Position numbers and translations under genes: made by a program. 64,000 nucleotides of DNA, taken from contig CM007991.1 in assembly GCA_002189035.1 (NCBI GenBank), positions 1,798,001 to 1,862,000 on the forward strand. The letters run 5' to 3'. Every line of letters begins with the position of its first letter. The first letter of the stretch is position 1. This stretch comes from Utricularia gibba (lineage: Eukaryota > Plantae > Magnoliophyta). This document shows positions 38,104 through 51,798 of the stretch, piece after piece. The notes beneath the pieces were generated by a model. It worked only from the letters and a program-made list of their open reading frames with translations. It was not told the origin of the DNA and made no database searches.

Positions 38104-38684
38104 TCCCTCGAGGCCACCTAAGAATCACTCCCAAGAAACGTGGAACCCGTCCTCCCATCAAGAATACTTTCACCAGCACGACAAAAAGTAGAGCTACTTA
38201 TCCCCAATCAGCAAGAGATCCTGAGAATCAAGGTTCACCAGCGGCTCCCCAGCAAGTAGTGCAAGCACTTGACGAAGCAACCGCTCATGCCAAGAACTTC
38301 GAGGCAAAACGATGGCGGATGAGGGCGTAGAAGATTAAATTTCCAAATATATATTTTTTTACAGACCCAATTTAAGCAAACTCAAATTTATTATTCCCTA
38401 TTTTTATGTCACAAAAATCATATTGAATTTTTATGTCACAAAAATCATATTGAATTTTTATATTATTTATATAGTTTGTCACTTATTAAAAAATTAACTT
38501 TAATTATTCACATATTATTATTTTTTTCGAAATTAAGCCAATAAAAAAAAAACACAACAATTTTCAAAGTGTCCGAAAAAAAACAAAAACAAAAACAAAA
38601 CGGACAGATTCGGACTCTTGCATGGGAGACGTAGAGCATTGCAGCAGCGTTTACAAAAATAGCACACAGCCTCGAGCAGCCGTC

Positions 38685-39482
38685 TCACCAAGGAAAGCAG
38701 CATCTGGATTTCTGCTGAAATCGTTTAAACCAGAGATTCAACATCAGTCATCTGCCTAAAAGCTAAGTTCTTTGCAAGTTAAATCTTGATGTATCTGAAA
38801 TGCAGCCGCAATAAGAACTGACCTTGAAGTGGGTGGATTTCAATGCACCTGGTGTGCGTAGAGTGTTGTTAGAATGCTGCTTTGAAGCATTTCTACCCAT
38901 TTTCCTTTCTTCCTGAACTTTTTCGAAGATGCCGGTTAAGTCCTGAGCAGGGTCATTCAGAGTGTCGAACTCAGGAACAGCTGCCTCGTCATCCGACTAC
39001 AGAATGATGCAACTTACAGTTGAAGATGCTCTGAAGAGAAAAAAAAGAAAGATGGCTGGTTACACTTACACTTGTATCTCCCTTGACTTGTCTGGTGCGT
39101 GGTGCTCTATTGGCACCATGGTCTTTGCTTCGTCTGACCTGATGGCTGCGGTCATACTTGTGGCCATGGCTTCCTTGTGATGCCTAATGGAGAATCAAAG
39201 CATGTAAGCTGCTATTGAATCACAGATTCCCTTGCATCCAATGTACAACAAAACATCTTCAAAGGGGTTTCAACAGTGGACAGTCAACCAAAACAAAAGA
39301 GAAGTTTCTCTGAACCCAAATACACAATTATCACGGTAACAGAGCGACGATTGTAAGGAAAAGCACTGTAAATCAAAATCCCATATGGGCTAAATCAAGC
39401 TATAGAATCAGCATAGTGCTAGCGCAGAAAATTCTTCCTTGTCTTTTAAGAAGAAGGGGATCAGAAATCAACTCACAGCCAT
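38685..39482 (-). CDS. RIN4/NOI-family protein (107 aa), C-NOI only
   Basis: Not in the ORF track. Exons 39482-39477 (MA), 39183-39070, 38996-38823 and 38714-38685, all phase 0. AAVPEFDTLNDPAQDLTGIFEKVQEERK (NOI-like) and C-terminal KSRCCFPW* (RIN4-type acylation site). Confidence 0.8.
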
Positions 39483-39900
39483 GCTTCCTTCAACGAGTTC
39501 GAAACCCAGAAACAGGTTTTGTTGTAAGATGCCCAAGGACCTGTAGCTTCCTCCACGAACAAAAAAGGATAAGAAGTAATGGGAATGACCAAAAGTAAAC
39601 TTGTCTCCATTATTGAGTGATGAAACGATTTGGGTCAAGAGTTTGACTGGTAAACCGGTCACTACCATTGTTCTCCTTCAGAGTTTATTCATATTTCAAC
39701 ACTATTTTACGCCCAACTTAATTACAGTTTACCAATGAAACAAATTATATATATACATGTATATGCCCAATAACACACAATATGACACATAATTTGAGTA
39801 GGTTCAGTTCCCTCTTCAATTATTGAAGGATGCTGCGTGCTGGAATATTTGGAAATATTTATGTTTGTGTGTTCTATGAGGTATTGGAGAGAAAGAGCTC

Positions 39901-41566
39901 TTATCTTGATGACAGCAGTGCAAAGAAAGGATTGGAGCAAGCATTCTGCAACTCTAGAGCAGCCAAGTTCAGCAGCTCCATATCAACTTTTTCTCTGGGA
40001 AGCAACAAGAACCGACCATCTTCGTCACTCTCGAATGCGCAGAGCTTGAGGAACTCCACACCTCCGTTGAGCTTGCCGACATGCTCCTGTGAGAGAGAAT
40101 AGCAATGATCAAATATGTAAAAACATGACTCGAGCAACAGGATCAAGAAATCAAACCTGAAAAACTGGATTGCTGATTCGGATTCTTCTGAATTTGGCTT
40201 CATCGGGATTTTTTGCAACGTTTTTCACGTAAATACTCAGGGTTTGGAAAGCCATATTGGCTTTCAACTGGTCATTCTGATCATCATTAAACTTTGGATC
40301 ATGAGAGATCACATAAGGCTGATCCATAAGCACATTTTTTTAGATGGTAGCTCTGCTACCTTTGTATCGCGTTTAATGGACCGTAAGCATTCTTGCATAC
40401 GATCTCGGATGGAAGTGAGACTTTTTGATGGTAATGGAACAAGGTTCGGAAGCTGAGGATCCTGTAACACGAGAAAGGATGAGGTTTTTTATGGTAAGTG
40501 GTTTCGATAATAAAATGAAGAAAATTTGGCACCTTTGTGGATTCAGTCAATGTCTTTTCCGGATTCAAAGACGAAGGAACTTTTGCCATTGCAAACATAC
40601 CCTGTCTATCTAACTGCAACGAGAAACAGGAAAATCTAGATATGAAAAGAGAATGCGCACTGAGTTTCACTTTCTTTTGTGTATAAAAATCCAGTTGCAC
40701 CTTATCCTGCTCCAGCTTCTGACGGATTCTTTCCCTTGCAATCTCTTCTTCTCTATCGGCTTCCCCCTGGGGCAGATGCCTGAACCATGTCTTGCATCAT
40801 CGACTAGACGACAATAAGAATGGGAACCAGTTTCATTAACAATATGCAAACCTCTTCCTTTGAGTTTTATCAGTCATCTGAGACAAATGTCTTTCGCCCT
40901 GTTGAATGCTTCTCTGAAATCAACAGAAAGATTTATGATGGGAAGCATATGCTATGTATGTAGGGTATCCTTTGTCTGCACCTTCTCCAAATCTCCAACT
41001 TCCTGCTCTTCCTCTCTTATCCTTTTGAGCGCCTGATTTCTAGAGCCATAGAAGAACAGCCAAAATGAAACCAACAGCCGAAACAGAACTGAAACATTAC
41101 TTTGTAAAGATGCTGATACGGATACTAAATCAGAGCCCAGCGCGGCCTAAATCCGAGTAAGGAGCCAAGTAAGAAAGAGACCGCAGATTCTTTGCCTTAG
41201 ACTTCACAACTTCTGAAACTTCGAAGGAGCCAGTTACGTCTATGAAGAGATCGGGCTGCTTAAAGTAGGAAATGAGCATTCATCGAAAACAAAGAAAAAA
41301 TCAATGGCCAAGAAGGAAGAACGAACCTTTTGAGCTCCAATTCCATTGCCCTCTTCATGTTCAAAAAGCCAATTTATCGCAGCTTCAACACTTGATATAC
41401 CTGAAGACCCTCGATTAGCCGTCGGATCAAGCCTATCAACAAAAAAAAAAAAAAATAATCTCGGAGCAAATGCTTTACCAGTATAAACAGCCTCCATTGC
41501 TTGCGCCCGGGAGAATCCCATGGCTTCAAGTTTACCAATCAACATCTCAATCTGATCCACATCCAT
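39901..41566 (-). CDS. UBA and PUB domain-containing protein
   Basis: UBA ([16 protein letters not shown]...[13 protein letters not shown]), coiled region ([12 protein letters not shown]) and PUB domain ([32 protein letters not shown]...[11 protein letters not shown]...NPFFALL). Confidence 0.88.
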
Positions 41567-41955
41567 CAAATGCAGAAGAACCCTAAGCTTAAATTCAAGA
41601 AATGTAAATTTTCGATGCAACAGCACATAATCAAGTACACGATCAACCAGAAGAACAAGCGGAATCGCAATCTCTCCTTCAGATTCTCGAAGAAACTACA
41701 CGATCCCTGAAGTAGGTTTAGATGCATGCAGTTCCTTTTCGTGTTCCCCAATCCAACCCCTTTACCGAATATTCCAAAGATCGCAACTTTGCCATATAAG
41801 CAATCAAATGTTATTTCCCAATGGGAAAATTTGCACTAATTTGTACGGGAAATTTTAAGCATCCAACTGTCACAGGAATCAGATTTTGGGTACCGCGGCC
41901 TAACTCCAATTCTCTTCCACAAACAGTAGTTTCCTGCTCAGAGCCTCAGCCATTC

Positions 41956-44210
41956 ATGGCGGTTCCTCACGGCAGGACTTCACTTCTCTTTTTCCGGCTT
42001 CCGCCGCCGGTTCAACGTTCGAACCAGCGATTCCTGCAGGTTTCCTCTGCCCGCTGGAACAGGAATATTACATTCGAGTGCTTGCCTTCCAGCTTGTGGT
42101 ATGGTGTTCTGCTTGCATTCATTTTTTGTGCGATTGCACTCCTTTCTTCATTTGAGATGCGATCTGTTTGGAGGCAGCTACATTGATCATTATGTTCACT
42201 TTTCCGGTTTCAGTTACGGATTCAAACTCATCGCTAGTATAATTAGTAATGGGTTTAGAAATTTATGCAACGGTTCTTGTTCGTGAAAATGATCGGATCA
42301 TTTTCATTGTATGTGAATGTTCTCAAGGTGGAATTGTCCATCGGTTACAAAGGACAGAAGGTTTAGAGGCTTGCAGCAGGGGAATCCTGGAAGTGCTGAT
42401 GCTGCGGAAACTGAAATAATCTCTGACGATGGATTACGGAACTCGGATATCTTGATTGAAGGCATAGAAAAAAGTTCTGACAACGGTTCATTTTTTTCGA
42501 AACTCGGAATAGTTCTTGGAGTTGGTGCTTTGATTACATTAGTATGTATTAGCATAAAATCCCCGAGTCAGGTTGGGTCGTCATCTGGAATTCAATTCAT
42601 TCCAGATGGCTCATCCCCTTCGGCTCTGTCTCCAACTTCTTCAGGTTTTAGCTTTCATGTTTTTGGGTATAGAGTGGTACTTCCCGAGTATGCACCAGGG
42701 TATGCGTAATTTAGATTTCATATTGATTGATCAACCTGTCAATGTAAAATCTAAGAAATAATTCATCTTTTATACGCAGATGGGCGTACTTTTGGCTCCT
42801 AATGGCTGCAGGATGTGGATTGTTTATTAGTGAAGAGGCTTTGAATATATGGGTGTGTCCTTTCTGCTGGTGTTTCAGTTTCACGTGTTCCTCTACTTCT
42901 GCATCTCTGTGGCATCTCCCTCCAGTCCCCTTTTTACCAGATCATTTGGAATTTTATAGGTTGGCATCACATTTGCACGATTGCTTTCGCTGGATGGAAC
43001 GTGGCAAGCTTTTGTCGAGTCTTTTTCCAGAAATTCGTCATATATCATATCAACTGCTATCTGGGTGTACTGGTAGGTGTGCTGCTATATATGTTGGGTG
43101 CTACCGATATTATGAGTCAGTTCTTTCCCTTTTTTCATCTGGTTTGAGTGTTGGATTACCTGATACTAACATCTGAATGATAGGTTTATTATTACTACAT
43201 CATCAAATATGCAGATTACGTCTTGTCACATCAGGATGTCTATTTATTATCAGGGGAGTAGCTATCAGTGACATGATACCATTTTACCTCGGGAAGCTTC
43301 TCAGACGCTCTAGTGCATCTGGTGACATTGTTTCAAAGGTTTGAACAGTTAGTATATTAATCAGGAGCTTAAAGATATGTGGGCACACCTGGTGAACGAC
43401 TCTCCTTGTCACTATAGATGGGGCTGGGCAAAGAGAAAGCAACGAAGATCACATCCTCCGTACAAAAATATGGAAATCTTATTGGATTTGGTGAGTGGAA
43501 ATAAACTTTCAAATATTGTAATCCCCGATTGGAGCTATATGATATAGTTTATGATCATTAAAATATGGGTCTCCACTGCTCGAATAGTAGTGTCGTGTAT
43601 GGTTTTTCCTATATCAGCTAATCTTTTTTCCACTTCCATCATATGAGGTTTGTATGTGCAGTGGAGCGGTTTTCAATTGGTGTGAGAAACCCTACAGCTT
43701 TTCTTGCTGGGGCAATGGTAAGTATACATCCATTTCTTAGCGTGAAGTCCTTCACACTGCTTCTTTCTAAGCTATTTTGCTTCATTCTCATTGCAGGATG
43801 TTTCAGCCGAGTGCTTCTTCGCTGGTGTCTGCTGCGGTGCTCTAATCACTCTTCCATTGCAGGTATTAATTGTTCATTCCCTCCCATTATCCACCAATCA
43901 GAACTTTCCTATGATAAAAAAGTTTTGCTTGTAGAGCTGATGGTTCGTATCCTATTTTCCATCATGTAACATGGACAGCATTTTCCTTGTTTCAGTTAGC
44001 AGTGGGGTTCTTGCTGAGAGAACGTCCGTTGGTCACCATCACGGCAGTTGCAACTGTGGTGGTACGCTCTTGTGACCTTATCAGATCTCCCTTAAAACGC
44101 TCTTATGTGTTTGTTAATTCGCCTGGTAGGGAATGTGGACGGCACTTCCATACGCTTTGGCTGCTTCAGCCGCCATTCTGTTTTACTTGAGACGCCGTTA
44201 CTTAAAATAA
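41956..44210 (+). CDS. DedA/VTT (SNARE-associated Golgi protein family) membrane protein, probably plastid-targeted
   Basis: Transit-peptide-like start. PGWAYFWLLMAAGCGLFISEEALNIWVG, ISDMIPFYLGK, IGFVERFSIGVRNPTAFLAGAM, FFAGVCCGALITLPLQ; ends GMWTALPYALAASAAILFYLRRRYLK*. Confidence 0.82.
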
Positions 44211-44573
44211 AGATTGGATCTTGTTATGATAGTATCCTTCTAAGCTGTCAAACAAGCCTTCATGCTATGACAAATAAAAGCGTGTATTCGTGATTAGCTT
44301 CTCTGCCATAAGCCCATTCCAGTTACTTGTTGAATAGAAATACTGTACACATTGATTGGATTTCACTTCTTTTTATTTAAAACACTGGCTGAAATCTGAT
44401 TTTGCATTAAAAGCTTCCCGTATTTCATTACTACTCCAACCAGGTGATCAGACACACGGAGCTGGTAAGCATTTACTGCTCTTCCTCCGGTCCTCATTTA
44501 TATGCGTTTAGCTTAGCTTTACTCGCTGTTGCCGCTGCTGTGCGGAATAAGGTGTGCCACTCCCAGCTCCACA

Positions 44574-46521
44574 ATGGCGGTTGCAGCTATAGTGCCCCTC
44601 GGCCTTCTCTTCTTTCTCTCCGGCCTCCTAGTCAATTTCATTCAGGTGGGTTTTTTACTTAACAATTTCGCTCTCACAGCTAAAAAGTCATGTGCTTGGC
44701 TTTTCTTTGCTACGGAAATTTCAGGCACTTTGTTTTTTGGTGATACGACCATTCTCAAGGAGAACTTTTAGGATTATAAACAGGGTTCTAGCTGAAGTTT
44801 TGTGGGTGGAGCTTGTGTGGCTTGTTGATTGGTGGGCTGGCGTCAAGGTGGTTATTATGTTGAATGACCAGCTTCAGTTATCCAAACTCCTATGCTTTTT
44901 GGATGATTTTTTTAACTGGCGTGGTCTATATTTTTGTACAGATCCAAGTATATGCTGATTCTGAAACTTTAAAATCAATGGGTAGGGTAAGGCATTGATG
45001 TTTATGCTGTAAATGTGTATTTTGACAAGTTTTCAAATAAACAACTTCCCTGGTAGGCAAGGAACATGCACTTGTGATGTGTAATCACCAAAGCGATATC
45101 GATTGGCTCGTTGGATGGGTTTTGGCGCAGGTTTGTGGTGTCTATCTTTTCTAGTTAAAAGCTAAATCCTTGAGGTTTTATTTATCTTTAGTGATACTGA
45201 TAAGTTCCTGATATGTTAATCTCGTAATGCAGCGATCAGGTTGCCTTGGTAGCACGCTTGCTGTGACGAAGAAGTCTTCCAAGTTCCTTCCTGTTAGTAA
45301 TGTTTTGTTTAAGAGCCTTCTCTGTCAAATATCTTAGCTCAGTTAGTAAATTTTTGTGCTGGCTGCACTAGGTGATTGGGTGGTCTATGTGGTTTTCCGA
45401 GTACGTATTTCTTGAAAGGAATTGGGCCAAGGACGAAAGCACGTTGAAGGTAGTTATCAAACCATGTGTTTTTTTTTTTTTTTTTTTGCGTGTTTTCCAT
45501 TGCACATCTCTTACACTCATTTCGTTGGCAGGGTGGATATCAACGCCTGAGTGATTTTCCAAGGCCATTTTGGTTGGCACTTTTTGTCGAAGGCACTCGC
45601 TTTACACATGCTAAACTCTTGGCAGCTCAAGAGTATGCATCCTCAGCAGGCCTTCCTGTTCCAAGAAATGTTTTGATCCCCCGAACTAAGGTATGATTCC
45701 AACAAATATTGCAGGTTGCTGCTTACTGCTGTTCTCTTTCTTCATTTTATTGGAATGCCATTTCCATCTCTTATTTCAGGGCTTTGTTAGTGCTGTCAGT
45801 CTGATGCGTACATTTGTTCCCGCTATCTACGATATGACAGTTGCCATTCCCAAACATTCTCCTCCCCCGACGATGCTCAGGCTCTTCAAAGGGCAGTCTT
45901 GTGTTGTAAGGCCAGCAACACCACAAATAGCAGTTTTTGTTGCTGTGGGTCATAATCTCTTGGTTTAATCATGTCTTCAGGTACACGTGCACATCAAGAG
46001 ACACCTAATGAAGGATATACCAGAAAATGACGAGGCAGTGGCCCAATGGTGCAGGGACGCTTTCATTGCCAAGGCAAGTCTTCAATCCCTAGGCTTCCTT
46101 ATGAATTCATGTTTTGCAGGTCAGATCACGGTTGGGTTTGTGGTAACAGGATCAATTGTTAGAGAAGCACAAGGCTGAAAATTCCTTCACTGAACAACTT
46201 GCTCAAGATGTGGGGAAGCGCACTGTGAAGCCCCTTGTGGTGAATTTCTTGCTTTTTGTTCATTGCAACGCAATAACAAACAAAGCGTACTATCACCATT
46301 ACTGCTACTTGTGTACAGGTTATGTGCTTTTGGACGCTTTTAGTGATGGCAGGCGCGATCAGAGTCATCCACCACTTCTCAAAGTTCTTCTCTTCATGGA
46401 AGGTGCTGCTGCATCTGCAGCTGTTTTGGCAGCCGTCACGCTCGTCATGCAATTCCTGATCCATTTCTCCAAAGCAGAGCGATCCAAGAAAACTGGCAAG
46501 GAGGGAACCAAGAGGATCTGA
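44574..46521 (+). CDS. LPAT2: 1-acyl-sn-glycerol-3-phosphate acyltransferase, ER type (one apparent -1 frameshift)
   Basis: [63 protein letters not shown]. The last exon needs one extra G at 46402-46403 to read SSWKGAAASAA...FSKAERS. Confidence 0.94.
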
Positions 46522-47083
46522 TAGCTGATACTTACCACTCTGTAGCAGCAACTTGTCATCTCATTTGGGATGCATCCTTGAGGTTCAGACCATCTATTCG
46601 AAACTTTTTTTCCCCAAATTTCTTCTGCCGGATAATTCTAGTGTAACACTAAGTTTTTGGCTCAAGTACGAACGTGTTGAGAATTCGAATTTGTGCCCAT
46701 CTTAGCTTTTTTGGTTTCACAAGAATTCTTGTTCCATGTGTACCAGTATTCGACATAAGAGTTTTCTTGGGTTGGTGGAAGGATGGGCCCAATCCCTTCA
46801 TTGACACAGCTGATTAACGGGAAGCTTCCCAGTTCGAAAGCTCTCCCTTTCTCTGTGGGAATACTGACGTTTACCAGCTACCAGTCGTCTCACGGAACCT
46901 GCACGATGTTCTATTACATTTCTACTAAAATATGGGGCCTCGCTTCGCCAGCCGCTATTCTTTACAGGCTCCAGAATCAAAGTAACTACGCCCGTTCCCC
47001 GTCTGCTCTATAAAATCTAACCAACAACTTGTACAGCTTGTTTTTATTGCTTGTACTTTCTTTGTTCTTTGGGTGTCCTTGCA

Positions 47084-47963
47084 ATGACGAAGATTTTCAC
47101 TTTTGCGGAGGTTTCCAAGCACAACACCAGCAAGGATTGCTGGCTTGTAATCGGTGGGAAGGTGCTGTGGATGAGGAAAAATTATGTTGCTTTGCTGTTT
47201 CTTTTGTGGGTCGTTTCTTCGTTTGAATTCCGATGTTTTGGTCTCACAAAGATCCGATCTTCCAACTGCTAATTGGTTTTTTTCGGAATTTTTTTCATTA
47301 GCAAGGATCTGATGCTTTATTCTTTGTAAAAAGTCAAGCTTATTTATTGATCTTGCTCTGAGTTTCCCTTAGATTCCCAAGTTCCCTTTATGATTGATAT
47401 CTGTGATGACAGGTTTATGATGTCACCAAATTCCTGGAAGATCACCCTGGTGGTGATGATGTACTGATCTCTTCAACAGGTAACCAGTTTTTTCCACACC
47501 ATCAAAGTGCTCTGACTTCTTTTGTAGCTTTGCTCTTCTCCAATGAGCCACTTGGCAAACCACACAGAAACATATGCCGCTTAAACTCCTTATTCTTCAA
47601 GATCTCTGATCTGCACAGTGATGCCTGTTCCCTGACTTCTGATCCGTAGAAGAAACAAGAGTACCATGAGGAAAACTAGCTCACAAGTTTCATCCCTTGT
47701 CTGCAGGAAAAGATGCAACCAATGACTTCGAGGATGTCGGTCACAGCGCCACGGCCAAGGCGATGATGGAGGAGTTCTACGTTGGTCACATCAACACATC
47801 ATCGATCCCCACTGAAACCAGTTACACCCCTCCAAAGCAACCTCACTACAATCAAGACAAAACATCCCAATTCATCATCAAGGCCCTTCAGTTCCTGCTC
47901 CCAATCATCATCTTGGGCATAGCCGTCAGCATCCACTTTTACTCCAAATCATCATCAGCATGA
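47084..47963 (+). CDS. CB5: Cytochrome b5, tail-anchored
   Basis: Three exons: EVSKHNTSKDCWLVIGGK / VYDVTKFLEDHPGGDDVL / GKDATNDFEDVGHS, then a C-terminal transmembrane tail. Confidence 0.96.
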
Positions 47964-48443
47964 GTCATTTCAGATTGTTGTATCGTCACCTTCCATCAGC
48001 TTGTGCTGCCATTGTTTGCTGATATGCTATAAGAATTTGCAATGCTCAGTCTTATCTGTGCTGTAAGATGAATTGTGATGCTCTTGAGTGGATTCTACCG
48101 TGTTTGTGTGCTTCAGAATCAAACCCATCTTCAGGAGTAATGAAGTATGTGAACCAGGATTCATGGTTCTGATCGAAATCTCTTACAAGAATATACTCTT
48201 AGGACCACCATGAGTCAGTTTGTTTTTCTGCGTTCACCAGGTCAAAATAATAATTTTTTGAAAATGTGATGACCAAATTGAAATTTCTCCAAGTTGAATT
48301 CAGGAATAAAAATCAACTGGGGGTGTAAATGCAAATACGGGATTTTGTAAGGATTAACGTGCAATGAAATGAATAGTATATATACCCTGCGGAGTCTTCC
48401 CCAACTTTTCTTTCTTCAATTTGCTGCATCGAAGGTCTGTGCC

Positions 48444-49210
48444 ATGGCGGTGGCGTCTTTTACTTTCTTCTGCTACTTCGTCTTATCTTCTCTTCTGGCA
48501 CTTTGCTCATCTTCTGCTCCCACCGTGTACGATATTCTGCCGAAATACGGTCTCCCCAGTGGGCTTTTGCCCGATTCAGTCAAAAACTACACAATCTCCG
48601 AGAATGGAGATTTTGAAGTAAATCTTGAGAAACCCTGTTACATAAAGTTCGATTACGTAGTTTACTATGATAAAAAGATAACGGGTAAGCTGAGTCTGGG
48701 CTCTATTAGTGATTTGAAGGGGATCAAGGTTCAGAGATTTTTCTTTTTGTGGCTCGATGTCGATCAGATCAGAGTCGATTTGCCCCCAAGGATAGTATTT
48801 ACTTCACTGTTGGGATTATCGATAAAGAGCTCGATGTGGATCAGTTTGAGCAAGTTCGTTCTTGCCAAGATAAGCCATCTTTTACAGAGTTCCTTAAGGT
48901 GAGTTCTTGATTCCTTCTTGTGGTGGTACGGTTATTTTTCCTCATCTTTTGATTATCTACGTGTTTATGTAGCTTTGACACCATTACTGCATCTCTGTTT
49001 CTTATGGTCAACTTTTGTTCAGTCTTCTGTTTCAACTAGTTTGTGAAGGATATGGAGATGGGCCTTTTAGTTGCCTTCAAAACTGCACCATCTGCGTCTT
49101 TTGTTCTTTTCATTCCTTTCCTTGGGCTTCGATTTCTAAGTACTGGGTCACTTTTTTCATTGCAGCTTCCAACTCCACTGAAGGATATCGAGATGCTACT
49201 AACCGAATAG
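48444..49210 (+). CDS. Secreted DUF538 protein (one apparent -1 frameshift)
   Basis: Signal peptide, TVYDILPKYGLPSGLLPDSVKNY...ITGKLSLGSISDLKGIKVQ...W. Adding one C at 48783-48787 restores DLPPKDSIYFTVGIIDKELDVDQFEQVRSC. Last exon LPTPLKDIEMLLTE* (3' structure less certain). Confidence 0.85.
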
Positions 49211-49899
49211 CTTACGGCGCTCACGCATTGGTAATGTCATGGTATCCAGGGAGCTATGAGCTATATTTTCACGTCTAGTGAGAATAAGGATTAGCTCCCA
49301 ACTTGTAGTAGCTATGCATGTTACCCAGAGTCATATGTTGCTTCTGATGCATCTTTGTGAGCTCCAGTTTAACCGAGCGCCTGGATGCTGCTCAACAGTG
49401 CTGTGTAAATAAAGAACCATGTTACTTGTAATTCTGAGTTTTCCTTCATTCGTGATGCTGTCATCTTTTGTGGAGTCAACCAAAGCTTCAGAATTGAAAC
49501 AAGAGTGACAAAAAGTAAACAAGCTTCATTTGATTCTCAGAGAATCTCTGACATCACAAGCTATGGAAGAATAAAGAGAAGCATAGGCATAAGGATGAAT
49601 AGTGATAATGGATTTGTACACAGGTGCGAGGCCTTGTTCTAACTAATGCAAACGTGGAGTGTTTACCTCTCCGGGTTCCCTTCCTGAAAAACAGCCTCTC
49701 TCTGGAATCAGTAGAGCTGCCTCCCCTTTTCTCTGATCCCTTTTGATGATTCTCTTTTTTCTTGATGAGCTTGACCTTGCGCGCTTGCTTTATGACAATT
49801 TCCAATTGTTCTAAGGATCCAACTAATGACTAACCTATGGAGAGGCAATGGTATGGTGCCAATTGTCTGCTGGAAGCGGATTCAAACATGAGATCTGTC

Positions 49900-51798
49900 T
49901 TACACTTGCAGCACCTGACAGTGAACAATGTGACTCTTCAACCCATTCCTTCCAGCAATACTAGACCACAGGTTTGTGAAAATGTTGTTCCTAAATTGGC
50001 CTTTACCAGCAATATTTTCCCAAACCTGAGGGCTGCTCCCAACTCGTCCATCGGAGTTGGAGACATCAACTATGCTGATGCTCATGTTGTTGCGGATTAT
50101 GCAAAGCTTCCCATTGAGAGGGACGAGTGCAGCAGCTTCAAGAGCACGAGAGTTGCCCATATGGAGCTTGCTGTCCATGAACCTGTTCCAGGAATCTGTG
50201 CGTTCATCGTACACTCTTAGCTTACAACCATCACGGCAGTCTAAGGCATAAAGCTTTCCATTCATGGAGATGCTTGGGTTGCGCCATCCAGCAACCATCC
50301 CATCACTGACTGCGCTCCATGCATTCGTTTCTGGAGCGTATGCTTCGGTAAGAACCTCACGGTGGGATCCAAACCCCTTCAGGAACCACTTGTTATCATA
50401 TACAACCCCGATGAAAGGCACCATAGCCATGCTCATCTCAGCAATAAAACTCCATCGGTTCCTGTTGGGATCGAAAACTTCAGCTGATCGCAGAGTTCTA
50501 TGAATCCCTTCACATTCCCCTCCGGCAACATACAGACAGTTGTTTATGACGCAAGAACCAAAGAAGTGCCTTCGGCGGAGCATGTCGGGTGCCCTGTGCC
50601 ACTTATTTGTGCGGGCATTGTAGAAGATCACTCTTCTCATTGATCCCTTAAGAGGGTCTCTTCCACCAAATAGGTACAAGTGGCAGCCACTGAGGACAGC
50701 ACAGCCGAATCCAAGAGCAGCACTGTACTCGACTGGAACAGGTGGAAGAGGCTGCCACATCTGATAGACTGGATCAAAAGCATGCCAGGAAATTCGCCCA
50801 TCACGGTCTCTTTTAATGACATATACCCACTCTTCAGCCATACCAAGATTTCTCCTAAGAGAATAGAAGAAATTTCCAGACAGAAGCTTGAACCATTTCT
50901 TGCATACAAGACGAAGTTTATTATGCTCGACACGAGGGACGCGGATTAGACAAGCAATTGCAAGATCGTCTGGTAATCCTGGTAGAAGGGGTGGCTGCAC
51001 CCTGGTCCTCTCACGCCGAGTGTTTTTAGCCTTGTGGGCACGAGGATTAATATCAGGTTGGATGCACAGCTTGGAACCTGGGACAAATTTACTAGCACCA
51101 ACAACTGTTTTCAGCCCCGCATCAACCTTGCAATAACATGATACAGAATCGACCTGCAGACATACAAGATCCGTATATTACAACCATGACATGCTATAGG
51201 GAAAAATTGAAAACTGTTAAACCCTTTCTTGGAGCATCAATCCATAACATAAATCTATTTGATTCCTCGTGAAGATCTGCTGCCCATTCCAATCTCACTA
51301 CTCCCAATAACTTAATCTTTAAAGCTTCTAACAAGACATTTTTTTAACCTGTGTAGCATGCGTTTGCTCCAGTTTCTCTGGGGAAAAATATGGATTGAAA
51401 TGTATGTAACATGATGAATAAAAGCTGCTTTCTTCCATACTCTGTACGGCCACTTAAAGCAGATTTTTGCTTTAAATCACTCCCAAAATCACATCTTCAA
51501 ATCACTAAATTAAGACCCACAGTCCAAAGACACCTCGAATTAAAGAACAACTTCATTTTGCACCATTCTTACATCTTGCGAAAAATGTTGAAGTAAAAAT
51601 AGAGCAACAGAAGTTGAACAAGGATTTCGATAAGATGTACAGTAGGACAGCACATTACCGAAATTCATGGCTAGGAAATGCGGAAATTTGTGAAATGAAC
51701 AGAAATCACGAGGATAATGAGCTCAAGGTTCAGACCACACTCACCAGTGGGGCTTGTAATCTGAAAGCCCTATGTGCATTTGCAGAACTTTGCTCCAT
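49900..51798 (-). CDS. F-box/kelch-repeat protein (At1g55270-like)
   Basis: Exon 1 51798-51745 (MEQSSANAHRAFRLQAPL), exon 2 51153-49900 (VDSVSCYCKVDAGLKTV ... LLPGLPDDLAIACLIRVP, kelch repeats). Intact ORF. Confidence 0.95.
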
